From: an uncultured Acidobacteriota bacterium
GTDB lineage: Bacteria > Acidobacteriota > Thermoanaerobaculia > UBA5066 > Gp7-AA6
DNA length: 64,000 bases
Reading direction: 5' to 3'
Assembly (NCBI GenBank): GCA_963749265.1
Contig: CAVVML010000016.1
Span: 73,000-136,999 of the forward strand
Shown here: piece by piece, positions 11,040 through 20,954 of the stretch
Layout: the number at the start of each line of letters is the position of its first letter
How positions within the stretch are numbered: the stretch's first letter is position 1
Notes under the pieces: generated by a model
What the model was told of the DNA's origin: nothing
Databases searched by the model: none
The model's input: the letters and a program-made list of their open reading frames with translations, nothing else
Program-made: the position numbers and the translations under genes

Positions 11040-13505
11040 TTACGGCAGATTGAACGTCTTCTGAATGAAGACCGCCATCTGGCCGCGCGTGTTGTTCGAG
11101 AGCGGGCAGTAGTTGCGCGCCGCCGCAGCCGCCCGTGATGTTCTCGGCGGCGAGCTGCTCGATCCAGTCGGCGAACTGCGACGGACAGGGGACGTCGTCG
11201 AAGACGCCCGTCGCAGGGCGGCGGCACGTAGGCCGAGCCGTGCTTCGGCCTTCAGGAGGAACACCGCCATCTGGTCGCGCCGCACCGGGTTCTGCGGGCA
11301 GTAGTTGCCGCCGCCGCAGCCTCCCGTGATGCCCTGGGCCGCGAGCGTCCTCGATCCAGTGCGCGAAGGTCGAGGGGCAGGGCACGTCGGGGAAGACCCC
11401 CGTGCAGGCGGGCGGAACGTAGCAGAGGCCGTACTTCGCTTTCAGGAGGAACACGGCCATCTGCTGGCGCAGCGTCGGGCTGATCGACGCCGTACAGCCC
11501 GCCGCCGATGCCCGCCGTGATCGCGTTCGTGACGAGCGTGGTGACGAAGGTGTAGAACTGCTGGGCCGGCGGCACGTCGAGGAAGTCCGCGACGAAGCCC
11601 TTTTCGAGCGTTCCCGTGGTGCCTTCGGTGTTCGTGACCGACGACGTCGTTGAGCGAGCCGGCCGCGAGCGCCGGCGCGACGCCGTGATCTGGTTGAAGT
11701 TCGTGACGACGACCGAGGTCGCGGGCTGACCGCCGATCGTCACCGTGGCCCCGTCCTCGAAGTCCGTTCCGGCGATCGTGACGCCCGTGCCGCCGGCGGA
11801 CGGGCCCGAGGCCGGATTGATCGAGAAGGGCAGCCGCTGGGAGAACTCGGAAGTGCTGCCGGCCGGGTCGGTGGCGGTCAGGCTGACTCGCTCGCCGGGC
11901 TGCGTTGTGAGAGGCACGCTGACGTCGATGACTCCTTCGCCGAATCCGTCCGTCGTGACCTGGCCCGATCCCGAGGTACCTCTTGCCTTCGAGGAAGTCC
12001 TTGGGAAACCGAACGCACGCGTCGTTGGCGAAGACGTCCAGAGTCATAGGTCGTCGAGGGCGTGGAGTGGAGGAGGCCCTGGACGCGCGTGCCGCCTTCC
12101 GGCGACTCGGCGAGCGTGTGCGTCACGGAGCTGAGCACGGGGAAGTTCTGGAGGTCGTTCTGCCCGGTGTCGCCGTCGAGCTCGTCGTTCGGGTTGACAC
12201 CGATCGGGAACGAGGTCGATCCCGAGACCGACGTTGTCGTGGATCGAGTTGCCGCGGATCGTGTTGCCGGTCCCGCCCTCGATGAGGATGCCCCCCTGGT
12301 TCGTCGTGCCGTTGTAGGCGATCGTGTTCGCCTCGCCCGCGCCCGGTTCCGCCGATCTGGACGCCTCCGGCCATGGACGTCGCATGCCCCAGCCGCGGTT
12401 CGGCAGCGGGCAGCGTGCCGGTGACGTCGGTGCCGATCTTGTTGCCCTGGACCAGGGCCCCGTCGGCCGGCTGCCGGAGCCGATGACGACGCCGTCGCCG
12501 AGGTTGCCGGAGATCGACGTTGTCGAGGAGTCGTTGCCGACCGTGTTGATGCTGATCGCCTGGACGCCGTTGCCGAGCGGCAGAGTGCCGGTCAGGTCGG
12601 TGCCGATGTAGTTGCCCTGCACCACGATGTCCGTGACGCAGGCGCCGCAGAAACTGTTCGAGATGCGGATGCCCATGAAGGTGTTGCCGGAGATGACGTT
12701 GCGCGCCCCGGCCGTCGCGCCGCCGATCGTCACGTTCGTCACGCCGAAGCAGAGGCTGACGCCGGTCTGGTTGCCGGGCCGGCGCGCCGGCGGGACTCGC
12801 GGTCCCGCTCGCGTCCGGGCCGATGAAGTTGCCCTGGATCGACGTGGCCCGATGCCGCCGGCCGATGTAGCAGCCGAAGCCGATCTGCGAACCCGGAGTT
12901 CCCCGAGATGACGTTGCGCTGTGCGGGGAGCGTGCCGCCGATCTGGACGTTCGTGGATCCTCCATCGATCTCGACTCCGTAGGTGTTGGAGAGCGCGGTC
13001 GTCCGGTCGGGTCGGTTCCGATGAAGCAGCCGCTCGATCGTGCCCCGTCGCGCCGTTGACCTGGATCGCGGCGCCCGGCGCGCGGTTGATGACGAGGCCC
13101 TCGACGATGAACCCGCCGTGGCTCGCGATCCGCAGCACGCCGGCGCCGATGCCGCCGCCCGAGTTGGTGCCGTCGATCTCGATCAGGTGCACGGAGTTGT
13201 CGGGCAGCCCCGGGCCGTTGGTGTTCGGGCTCGAGCCGGGCTGGCGTGAAGCCCAGGATCTCGACGGCGTCCGTGATCGTCGGGAAGCGGCGTCGCGAGC
13301 GTGATCGTGTGGACGCCCGCGCCCGGCGATGTCGAAGGTGATCTGGTCGAAGCCCGGGCGTGCGCGTTGGCGTCGAGGATCGCCTGCGCGGAGCGAGCCG
13401 GCGCCCGAGTCGTTGGTGTTCGTGACCGTGAAGCTGGCGGCGGCGAGCGGGCCGGCCGGCAGGAGCGCACAGGACGACGAGGCCGAGCCGCCGGGCATGT
13501 CTCAT
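11040..13505 (-). CDS. Secreted CSLREA-like beta-helix / IPT / Cys-rich SLH-like repeat protein, paralog 6 (most divergent; frame-interrupted)
   Basis: ATG at 13505, then a frame change to ..LLPAGPLAAASFTVTNTNDSGAGSLR (ORFs 12123..13505 and 12044..13498). It lacks the CDGSGVC loop (FDIAGPGVHTITLATPLPTITD). Beta-helix repeats include GNYIGTDLTGTLPLGN. LTATDPAGSTSEFSQR and the IPT part are in 11252..11917. Cys-rich repeats are in 11026..11460. The protein ends ..GQMAVFIQKTFNLP. Confidence 0.7.
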
Positions 13506-13542
13506 CGGGACCCCCGGTAGGTGCGGGGGAGTCTATATAACG

Positions 13543-13914
13543 TCAGGGCCGGTAAGTGGCCCGGTTCTCCGGTCCCTCCCAGACGGTGACCTCGACGACC
13601 CGGCCCCAGCCGAGCGCGCCCGAGGACTCCAGCCTCTCGGAAAAGTATCGGGCCAGGTTCTCGGCCGAGGTGTTCCGGCCGCGGAAGGCCGGATGGTCGT
13701 TGATGTACTTGTAGTCGAACTCTTTGGCGATGGTCTCGAGAGCCTGTTTGGCCGGCACGAAGTCCACGGCGAGGTCGTACTGCTGGAGCTTCTCCGACTC
13801 GAGGACCGCCTCGACCCGGTAGGAGTGGCCGTGCAGGGGCTCGGGCCCGCCGACGTAGTCGATCAGGTTGTGCGCGGCCTCGAAGCGGGCCGTGACCGTG
13901 ACGCGATAGCTCAT
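13543..13914 (-). CDS. queD: 6-carboxy-5,6,7,8-tetrahydropterin synthase (QueD / PTPS family)
   Basis: Intact ORF 13543..13950. MSYRVTVTARFEAAHNL..HGHSYRVEAVLE..DLAVDFVPAKQAL..INDHPAF..NTSAENLARY is typical QueD/PTPS. I prefer the ATG at 13914, which overlaps the upstream gene's stop (ATGA). The alternative ATG is at 13950. Confidence 0.8.
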   Translation of the reverse strand: MSYRVTVTARFEAAHNLIDYVGGPEPLHGHSYRVEAVLESEKLQQYDLAVDFVPAKQALETIAKEFDYKYINDHPAFRGRNTSAENLARYFSERLESSGALGWGRVVEVTVWEGPENRATYRP

Positions 13915-16526
13915 CCGCTGGAGGAGGGTGGCCTCGCGGGTGACCGACATCGCCGGCCTGCTCCGCGGGCGGAATCGCGAGCAGCGCTTCGAGGACCTTC
14001 TTCGCCGTGGCCGTGTCTCCCCGCCGCCTGGTCGAGGTTGACCTCGAAGGTCAGGCTCGCGCCGGAGGCGTCGGCTTCGAGCGCGATCGCGCGGAGCGCC
14101 GGCATCGCTTCGCGCCAGCCGTTCGGCGAGGGCGTCGCGCGGCGCGCTCGACGTGCTCGTCGCGAGTCGAGGCGCACCGAGTAGCGCGCGCCCTTGACGG
14201 CCTTCGCGAGCGAGGGCTCTCCGATGCCGAGAGCTCGCGCACCTCGAGGACCGCCACGCCGGCGGGCAGCTTGGCGTTGATGCGCTCGGCCGCGTCGGGG
14301 GGGAAGGCCGCGCGGCCGTCGACGTCGAAGACCTCGTGGCGGCTCTCGAGGCCGAGCGCGAGCGCGGGGCCCATCGAGAGCTTCATGTGGGGATTGAAGC
14401 CCTCCGTGTAGCGCGCCGGCAGTCCCGCCGCGCGGATCGCGCGCTCGAGGACGTCCATCGTGTTGCGGTGCGAGAGCAGGCGCGCGTCGCCCGTCTTCGA
14501 GAACGCGATGCGGTGGCGGACGACGCGTGTCGCCCTGGCCGCCGCGCACGCGCGACGCGGCGGGAAGGTCCGGCATGGCCTTCTCGCCGGTACGCCGCGC
14601 CCTTCGCGACGTCGCGGTACGCGGCGGGATCGCTCGCCGGCGCGGCCGCTGCGTCGAACGCCGGGAGCGCGCCGGCTCATGGACTTCGCGAGGACCGTGT
14701 CCTCGCCGTTGCCCGGCACGCCGCAGGCGTAGCAGTGGCCCCACTTGCAGTCCTCGGTCCGCATCTCCTTCTTCGCCTTGATGAGCTCGATCTGGAGCCA
14801 GCGCTTCTTGATCGACACGTCGAGGACGTCCCAGGGCAGGATCTCGTCGAGGTCGTAGGCGCGCAGGTACGAGTCCTTCGGGATGCCCTCGGCCTCGAAC
14901 GCCTTCATCCAGAGGTCGTGGCGGAAGTGCTCGGTCCAGCCGTCGAACCGCACGCCCGACTTCCACGCGGTGTGGAGGATGCGCGCCGACCCGGCGGTCG
15001 CCGCGGGAGAGCACGCACTCGATCTCGGCCTCGCGCGGCTCGTGCCACTTCATCTTCGCGCCGCGGATGCGCCGGAACCGGTCCTTCAGGTACGCGAGCT
15101 TGCGCTCGAGCGTCTCGACGCCGTCGAACGGCGCCCACTGGAAGGGCGTCCAGGACTTCGGCACGAAGGAGCCCGACCGAGACGTTGACGTTCTTCCGGC
15201 CGTGCTTGCGCCCCTGGGCGAGGATGCCCTCGACGAGCGTCACGAGCTCGTCGAGGTCGGCGTCCGTCTCGGTCGGCAGCCCGATCATCGTGTAGACCTT
15301 GATGAGGTCCCAGCCGCGCGCGAACGCGACGTCGGCCGCGGCGATCATGTCGGCGTTGGTGAACGTCTTGTTGATGACGCGGCGCAGGCGGTCCGAGCCC
15401 GTCTCGGGCGCGAAGGTGAAGCCGGACTTGCGGACCTCCGAGACGGCGTCGGCGAGGCCCACCGAGAACGCCTCGGCCCGCAGCGACGGAAGCGAGATCG
15501 AGACCCGCTGGTCGGCGAGCTGCGGCGCGAGGCACTTCACCAGCGGCTCGATCTGCGAGTAGTCGGCGGTCGAGAGCGAGAGCAGGCCCACCTCGCTCCA
15601 GCCCGACTCGGCGATGAACTTCTTCGTCATGTCCGCCACGTCGGCGGGATCGAGCTCGCGCACCGGGCGGTACCAGTAGCCCGCCTGGCAGAAGCGGCAG
15701 CCCTGCGTGCAGCCGCGCATGACCTCGAGGCCCAGGCGGTCCTGGACGATCTCGACCGAGGGCACCATGGGCTTGTCGGGGTAGTAGTCGGGCTTCAGGA
15801 CCGGCACCCAGGTGCGGCGCGCCCGCTCGGGGGCGCGCGGGTCGTTGCGCTCGATCGCCGCGATGCGCCCGTCCTCTTTGTATGTGACGTCGTAGAACGA
15901 CGGCACGTAGATGCCGTCGACCGCGGCGAGCGCGGCGAGGAGGTCGCGGCGCGTTGAGCCCGCGGGCCCGCGCCTCGCGATACGCGTCGAGGAACACCGG
16001 CAGCGCCTCCTCGGCGTCGCCGACGAGGAACGCGTCGAAGAAGTCGGCGATCGGCTCGGGGTTCGCCGTGCAGGGCCCGCCGCCCAGAACGATCGGATCG
16101 GCCTCGCGGCGGTCGCGCTGCCAGACCGGCAGCCCCGCGAGGTCCAGCATGTTGAGGATGTTCGAGTAGTTGAGCTCCGCCTGGAGCGAGAAGCCCAGGA
16201 CGTCGAAGTCGGCGACCGGCGCGAACGACTCCGTCGAGAAGAGCGGGATCCCGTGCTCGCGCATCCGCGTCTCGAGATCCACCCACGGCGCGTACATCCG
16301 CTCGCAGGCGAAGTCCTCCCGGCGGTTGACGATCTCGTAGAGGATCTTCAGCCCCGTGTGGCTCATCCCGATCTCGTAGGTGTCGGGGAAGGCCAGCGCC
16401 AGCGTCACCGAGGCCTGCGAGAGGTCCTTCCGCGTGACGTTGCGCTCGAGGCCGACGTAGCGGCCCGGCTTCTCGACGAACGGCAGGTGCGGGTCGAGGA
16501 GGGGGCGCAGGGACGCGGTATCGCAT
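13911..16526 (-). CDS. B12-binding-like radical SAM protein (TIGR03960 type) fused to a TIGR03936/DUF2344-like C-terminal domain (frame-interrupted)
   Basis: LPFVEKPGRYVGLERNV..TLALAFPDTYEIGMSHTGLKILY (ORF 15086..16408). Radical SAM motif MRGCTQGCRFCQAGYWYRP (ORF 14905..15906). SFVPKSWTPFQWAPF.. is in 13911..15164. The DUF2344-like part RIAFSKTGDARLLSHRNTMDVLERAIRAAGLPARYTEGFNPHMKLSMGPALALG is in 14051..14953. Both ends are uncertain. The ATG at 16526 needs an early frame change. Confidence 0.7.
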
Positions 16527-16708
16527 GGAACCGGAGATTCTACCTTTGCCGGCCGGGCTTCTGTCGGGACCCGGCCTCCCCGCGAGTGGCTGCCGAACAG
16601 GCTACGCCAGCTCTACTGCAGGTTGGATGCATGCGACGTCGAAAAGCGCGACACGTCACCTTGTGCGGAGGCAGTGCATTTCCAACCGGTCGGGGAGCTC
16701 CACTGCAA

Positions 16709-17855
16709 TCAGAGGTACTTGAACCCGCTCCCGGTATTGAAGAGGACGACGCGCTCGCGAGGGCGAGCTTCCCGGCCTGCGCCAGCAGCTTCGCCGCGGC
16801 CCAGGTAGCGCCTCCCTCCGGAGAGGCGAAGATGCCCTCGGCCGCCCCGATCTCGTCGCAGGCCGGCGCATCTCGTCGTCGGTCACGGCGATCGCGGCGC
16901 CGCCCGACGCCCGGACGAAGCGCAGGATCAGGTAGTCCGCAAAGGGTTTGGGCACTCGCAGGCCCGAGGCATAGGTCCGGGCGTTCGGGAACTTTTCCGA
17001 CGTCTCACGGCCCTCCGCGAAGGCTTTCGGGATCGGAGCGCAGCCCTCGGCCTGGACGACGAACATCCGTGGGCGCCGGGAACCGATCCAGCCCATCTCC
17101 TCCATCTCGTCGAAGGCCTTCCACATCCCGATCAAACCGGTTCCGCCGCCGGTGGGGTAGAGGATCGCGTCGGGGAGTTCCCAGCCGAGGTCTTCGGCGA
17201 GCTCGTAGCCCAGAGTCTTCTTGCCCTCGACGCGGAAGGGCTCCTTGAGGGTCGAGACGTCGTGCCACCCTTCCTTCGCCGCGCGCTCGGCGACGAGGCG
17301 GCCGCAGTCGTCGATCAGGCCAGGCACGAGCGTGACCTTCGCGCCGTAGCGCTCGCACTCGATCCGGAAGACGGGCGGCGTGTCCTCGGGCATGAAGACG
17401 TGGCACTCCATCCCCGCTTTCGCGGCATACGCCGCGGCCGCGCCGCCGGCGTTGCCCGCGGTCGGCAGCGCGATCTTCGCGTAGCCGAGCTCCTTCGCTT
17501 TCGAGACCGCGGCCGAGAGCCCGCGCGCCTTGAACGAGCCGGTCGGATTGCCGGACTCGTCCTTGATGAAGAGCGCGGCGAACCCGTCGCGCTGGCCGAG
17601 GCGATGCGCAGCGACGAGCGGCGTGCCGCCCTCGCCGAGCGAGACGACGTTCTCCGGATCCTCGACGGGCATGACCTCGTGCCAGCGCCAGATCGTGCGG
17701 GGACGATCCGCGGCCGCGATCGAATCGCGCTCGAGCCGCAGGTGGTATCGCGCGAAGAGCGCGCCGCCGCACGAGGCGCAGACGTTGATGCGGCGGTCGC
17801 GCTCGTACGTCGCACCGCAGCGTGTGCAGATCAGGTGCGCGAGCGAGGAGAACAT
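16709..17855 (-). CDS. thrC: Threonine synthase (two frame changes near the 3' end)
   Basis: ORF 16656..17855: N-terminal Cys-rich stretch (CTRCG..CASCGG), PLP-lysine region ..DESGNPTGSFKARG.., PTAGNAGGAAAAYAA, YPTGGGTGLIGMWKAF. Adding one base to the run at 16761-16763 gives ..KLAPRERVVLFNTGSGFKYL with a stop at 16709-16711. Confidence 0.85.
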
Positions 17856-17945
17856 GCAGGTGCGGGCTCGAGTCAGGCGGCGCTTACGCGGAGAGGCCGT
17901 TCAGACGCCACAAGAGGATAGCACTTTTCGTGCCGTTGAAGATCC

Positions 17946-17975
17946 TTGATTCTCGGCGGAAGAGGACGCGATAAT
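17946..17975 (+). promoter_or_regulatory. Candidate sigma70-type promoter (TTGATT-18 nt-GATAAT) about 10 nt upstream of the 17986 ATG
   Basis: TTGATT at 17946-17951 and GATAAT at 17970-17975. The region is unusually AT-rich for this sequence. Motif match only. Confidence 0.25.
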
Positions 17976-17985
17976 CGCCGCGGAC

Positions 17986-18345
17986 ATGGAACTCTCCGAT
18001 CACCTCCGCGAAATGCTCAAGGAGCTCGGCCAGGCGATCAACGAGTCGATCTCGGGCTCCGGGCGCGTGCACGAATCCATTCAGCGCATTCGCGACGAGG
18101 GCTACAACCTCTACATGGTGCTCGACGCGAAGGTCGGCGTGAACAAGCGCGAAGGCCGCGGTCGCGCGTCGCGGCGGGTCCTGGCGGCCGGCGAGCCCGA
18201 AGAGGTCGAGAGATCGAGCGAGCGCGCGGCGTTCCGCATCAACCTCAAGGATCTCCGCTTCCTCAAGTCTCTGGGCATCGATCCCACCCGCAAGGTCCGG
18301 GTCCGCAAAGCGGCCGCGCGCCGGGTGACCAAAGCCACGAAGTAG
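17986..18345 (+). CDS. Hypothetical small protein (119 aa), basic C-terminus
   Basis: Intact ORF with a non-degenerate composition (MELSDHLREMLKELGQAINESISGSGRVHESIQRIRDEGYNLYMVLDAK..FRINLKDLRFLKSLGIDPTRK). I recognise no family. Confidence 0.5.
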   Translation: MELSDHLREMLKELGQAINESISGSGRVHESIQRIRDEGYNLYMVLDAKVGVNKREGRGRASRRVLAAGEPEEVERSSERAAFRINLKDLRFLKSLGIDPTRKVRVRKAAARRVTKATK

Positions 18346-18412
18346 CCGCGAAGCCCGCGCGGAGTCACCGTTCGCGCGCCTCGCCCCGCAGCGGGGAATA
18401 CACTCGACCCGA

Positions 18413-19591
18413 ATGGATGCGCTCGGCTCGCCGTCCGCCGCATGGGAAGCCTTCGCCGAGACCCGGGGCCTTCCCCGATACCGCGGCCGCCAGATCTTCG
18501 ACGCGCTGCACCGCCGGGGGAGGTTCGACTTCGCGGCGATGCGGGAGCTGCCCGCGCCTCTCCGCGAGGAGCTCGCCGCGGAGATGCCGATCCGGCTGCC
18601 CGAAGTCGCGCGGCGCGAGGAGTCCGTCGACGGCAGCGTGAAGTTCGGCCTGCGGCTCGCCGACGGCGCCCTGATCGAGGCCGTCTACATGCCGGTCGAG
18701 GAGCGCACGGCCCAGGTCAACGAGTTCAGCGACGCCGCGCGCCCGCCCCTCTCGCACCCCTCGACCCTCGACTCTCGACCCTCGACTCTGCCCGTGCGCA
18801 CTTCACCGTCTGCCTCTCCTCCCAGACCGGGTGCGCGGTCGATTGCGCTTTCTGCGTGACCGGCCGCCTCGGCGGCGGGCGCAACCTGACGGCGGGAGAG
18901 ATCCTGGGCCAGCTCCACGTCGTTCTGCGCGAAACCGGACGCTCCTTGGAAGGGATGCGGATCGTCTTCATGGGCATGGGCGAGCCGTTTCTCAATCCCG
19001 AGGGCGTGCTCCCCGCGCTCGAGGTCCTCTTCGAGCTCGTGTCGCCGCGCCGCGTCACCGTCTCGACGTCGGGCGTGACGCCGGCCTTTCCGCGGTTCGC
19101 CGCGCTCTCGAAACGTCCGAACCTCGCCGTATCGCTCAACGCCGCCGACCCGACGACCCGCGAGCGGCTGATGCCGATCACGAAGACCTATCCGCTGGCG
19201 GGGCTGCTCGCCGCCATGCGCGCCTGGCCCGCTCGAGCCGCGGCGCACGATCCTGGTCGAGTACGTCCTCATCGCCTCCGTCAACGACTCCGAGGGCGAC
19301 GCCCGGAAGCTCGCCCGGCTTCTGCGAGGGCTTCCCGTCAAGGTCAACCTGATCCCGCTGAACGAGGACCCGACCTATCTCCCGGACTTGCGGAGGCCGG
19401 ACGAGGCCGCGATCGACCGGTTCGCGCGCGCGCTCGCCGTGGAGCGCGTCACGGTGACGGTGCGGCGCAGCAAGGGGCCCGACGCGTCCGCGGCGTGCGG
19501 CCAGCTGAAGGGGCGGACGGAGGATCCGAGGAAAAGAAACTCCTACGTCGGCAGGAAGTTCGTGAAGAACTCCTCCCACTTGCGGGCGTAG
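18413..19591 (+). CDS. rlmN: 23S rRNA (adenine2503-C2)-methyltransferase RlmN, radical SAM (frame-interrupted; carries an extra segment before the Cys motif)
   Basis: FAETRGLPRYRGRQIFDALH.., IEAVYMPVEER, then CLSSQTGCAVDCAFCVTG, FMGMGEPFLNPEGV, VSTSG, LAVSLNA, VNLIPLNE and ACGQL. The pieces are spread across ORFs 18413..18859, 18442..19878 and 19388..19591. Confidence 0.85.
18761..18788. repeat. Tandem heptamer run (TCGACYC x4) inside rlmN, related to the arms of the intergenic heptamer palindromes
   Basis: The sequence tcgaccc tcgactc tcgaccc tcgactc was read directly. The rlmN reading frame changes here. ctcgac variants of the ctcaac heptamer also occur in the right arm of the element at 32911-32954. 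Confidence 0.6.
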
Positions 19592-20520
19592 GCCTTCTTC
19601 GCGGTCGCGGCGGGCTCGTCGGCGTGGTGGCAGTGGCCGGCGCCGGCCACGTTCCAGACGGCGCTTCGCGGCGGCAGCGCGGCGGCCAGCCGCCGCGTGA
19701 AGCGCAGGGGAACGAGCCGATCGCTCTCTCCGTGCACGAGGAGGATCGGCGCGGTGACGCGCGCGACGGCGGCGAGCGGGTCCAGCCGCTCGATCCCCGG
19801 GCCCGCGCGTTCGGCGCCGAGCTCCCGCCGGACCCGCGCCACGGCGCGCTGGATCGGCCCAGCGCGACGTCAGCGTGAGGAGAGACGCCGGGACGTGCGT
19901 GGCGCGCGAGAGGTAGTGCCGCGCCATCTCGCGCGGCTCCGCGAACGGCGACTCGAGCCAGATCGCCCGAATGCCCGCGCGGCCCGCCGCGAACTCGAGC
20001 GCGACGGAGGAGCCCGCCGAGCACGCGTGGATGCCGACGCGCTCCGTGTCGATGCCGAAGCTGTCCTGCGCGGCGAGGAGAGTCAACGCGAGGTCCTCCT
20101 TCTCGAGGAAGCCGAGCGTGAAGAGCGTTCCTCCGCTGCGCCCGTGCGCCCGCAGGTCGGGAAGGAGAACGTTGTAGCCGAGCTCGAGGGCCCTCACCGC
20201 GTCCGGCCGCCACTCGCTCGCGTTGCCGCCCTTGCCGTGCAGAAAGAGGAGCGTCGCGCGGCCTTCGGGCTCGCCGGGGGAGGCGAAGGTGGTCGAGAGC
20301 TCGACCGGCAGTCTCGGGCTGCCGCGGTGCCGGAGATTCGCCACGACCGAGGCTTTGGCCTCGAGCGCCGCGAGGAGCTGGTCGTAGTCGTCGGGCGTGG
20401 GTCCGAGGCCCTGGGAGGAGACGAGGCGATCCGCGAGCTCGCGGGCGGCGAAGTACGAGGCGCCGAGGTACAGGGCCCCGCCGGAAGTCAGCCACGGAAG
20501 GGCGCGGCGCGCCCAGCGAG
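19543..20520 (-). CDS. Alpha/beta hydrolase (frame-interrupted; start not resolved)
   Basis: ATLLFLHGKGGNASEW, nucleophile elbow GIHACSAGSSVALEFA, then ..APILLVHGESDRLVP..AGHCHH..EEFFTNFLPT (ORFs 19178..20344 and 19543..19842). A TM-like N-terminus (LPWLTSGGALYLGASYFAARELA) is readable upstream without an in-frame start. Confidence 0.65.
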
Positions 20521-20537
20521 AACGCCTCGCCGTGGGC

Positions 20538-20921
20538 CTACTCCAGGCCGGACGCCTGCTGCGCGGCGCGGCCCTTCTTTCCGAGCACGCCGACGACCTC
20601 GACGGGCCCTTCGACGTACGTCTGGCACGCCAGGCGGACGCCGCGGTCCTTCCAGCGCTTGCGGACCAGCGCCAGCGGCTTGAGGAACCAGAGCGCGAGC
20701 GAGAACTTCTCGAGCTTCGTCGGCGGGGAGAGGTTCTCCGCGCCGGAGACCGGAAGGACCGCGCACGTGCCGCAGAGGCCGTCTCCGCCGCACCACTTCC
20801 AGAGCCGCGCGTCCGCTTCGAGGGCGGCGTCCCAGAGGCGGTAGCCCTGCCACACGTCGATCTCTTTGCCGTTGATGACGCAGCGCACGCGCTGCCGGTC
20901 CCGCTTTGGATTCGCAGCCAT
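20538..20921 (-). CDS. 2Fe-2S ferredoxin-like protein
   Basis: The ATG at 20921 gives MAANPKRDRQRVRCVINGKEIDVWQGYRLWDAALEADARLWKWCGGDGLCGTCAV..VRLACQTYVEGPVEV. This is a plant-type-like Cys cluster and is intact within ORF 20538..21668. Confidence 0.6.
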   Translation of the reverse strand: MAANPKRDRQRVRCVINGKEIDVWQGYRLWDAALEADARLWKWCGGDGLCGTCAVLPVSGAENLSPPTKLEKFSLALWFLKPLALVRKRWKDRGVRLACQTYVEGPVEVVGVLGKKGRAAQQASGLE

Positions 20922-20954
20922 CGGCGGGATTATACGGACCTTTACAATCCGGCC

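Noticed and set aside
13506-13542. AT-rich patch (TTATATAG on the minus strand) plus a CCCCCG-7-CGGGGG hairpin between queD and paralog 6, as a possible promoter or attenuator for the array
   Set aside because: There is no recognisable -35 element, no T-tract after the hairpin, and only 37 nt are available. It cannot be distinguished from simple read-through from queD using sequence alone.
16709-17855. Frame changes as programmed ribosomal frameshifting or as evidence of widespread pseudogenes
   Set aside because: The changes affect essential, highly conserved genes throughout the window. They fall at short G/C homopolymers without slippery-heptamer/pseudoknot architecture, and they are both +1 and -1. 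Consensus indel error is the simpler explanation.
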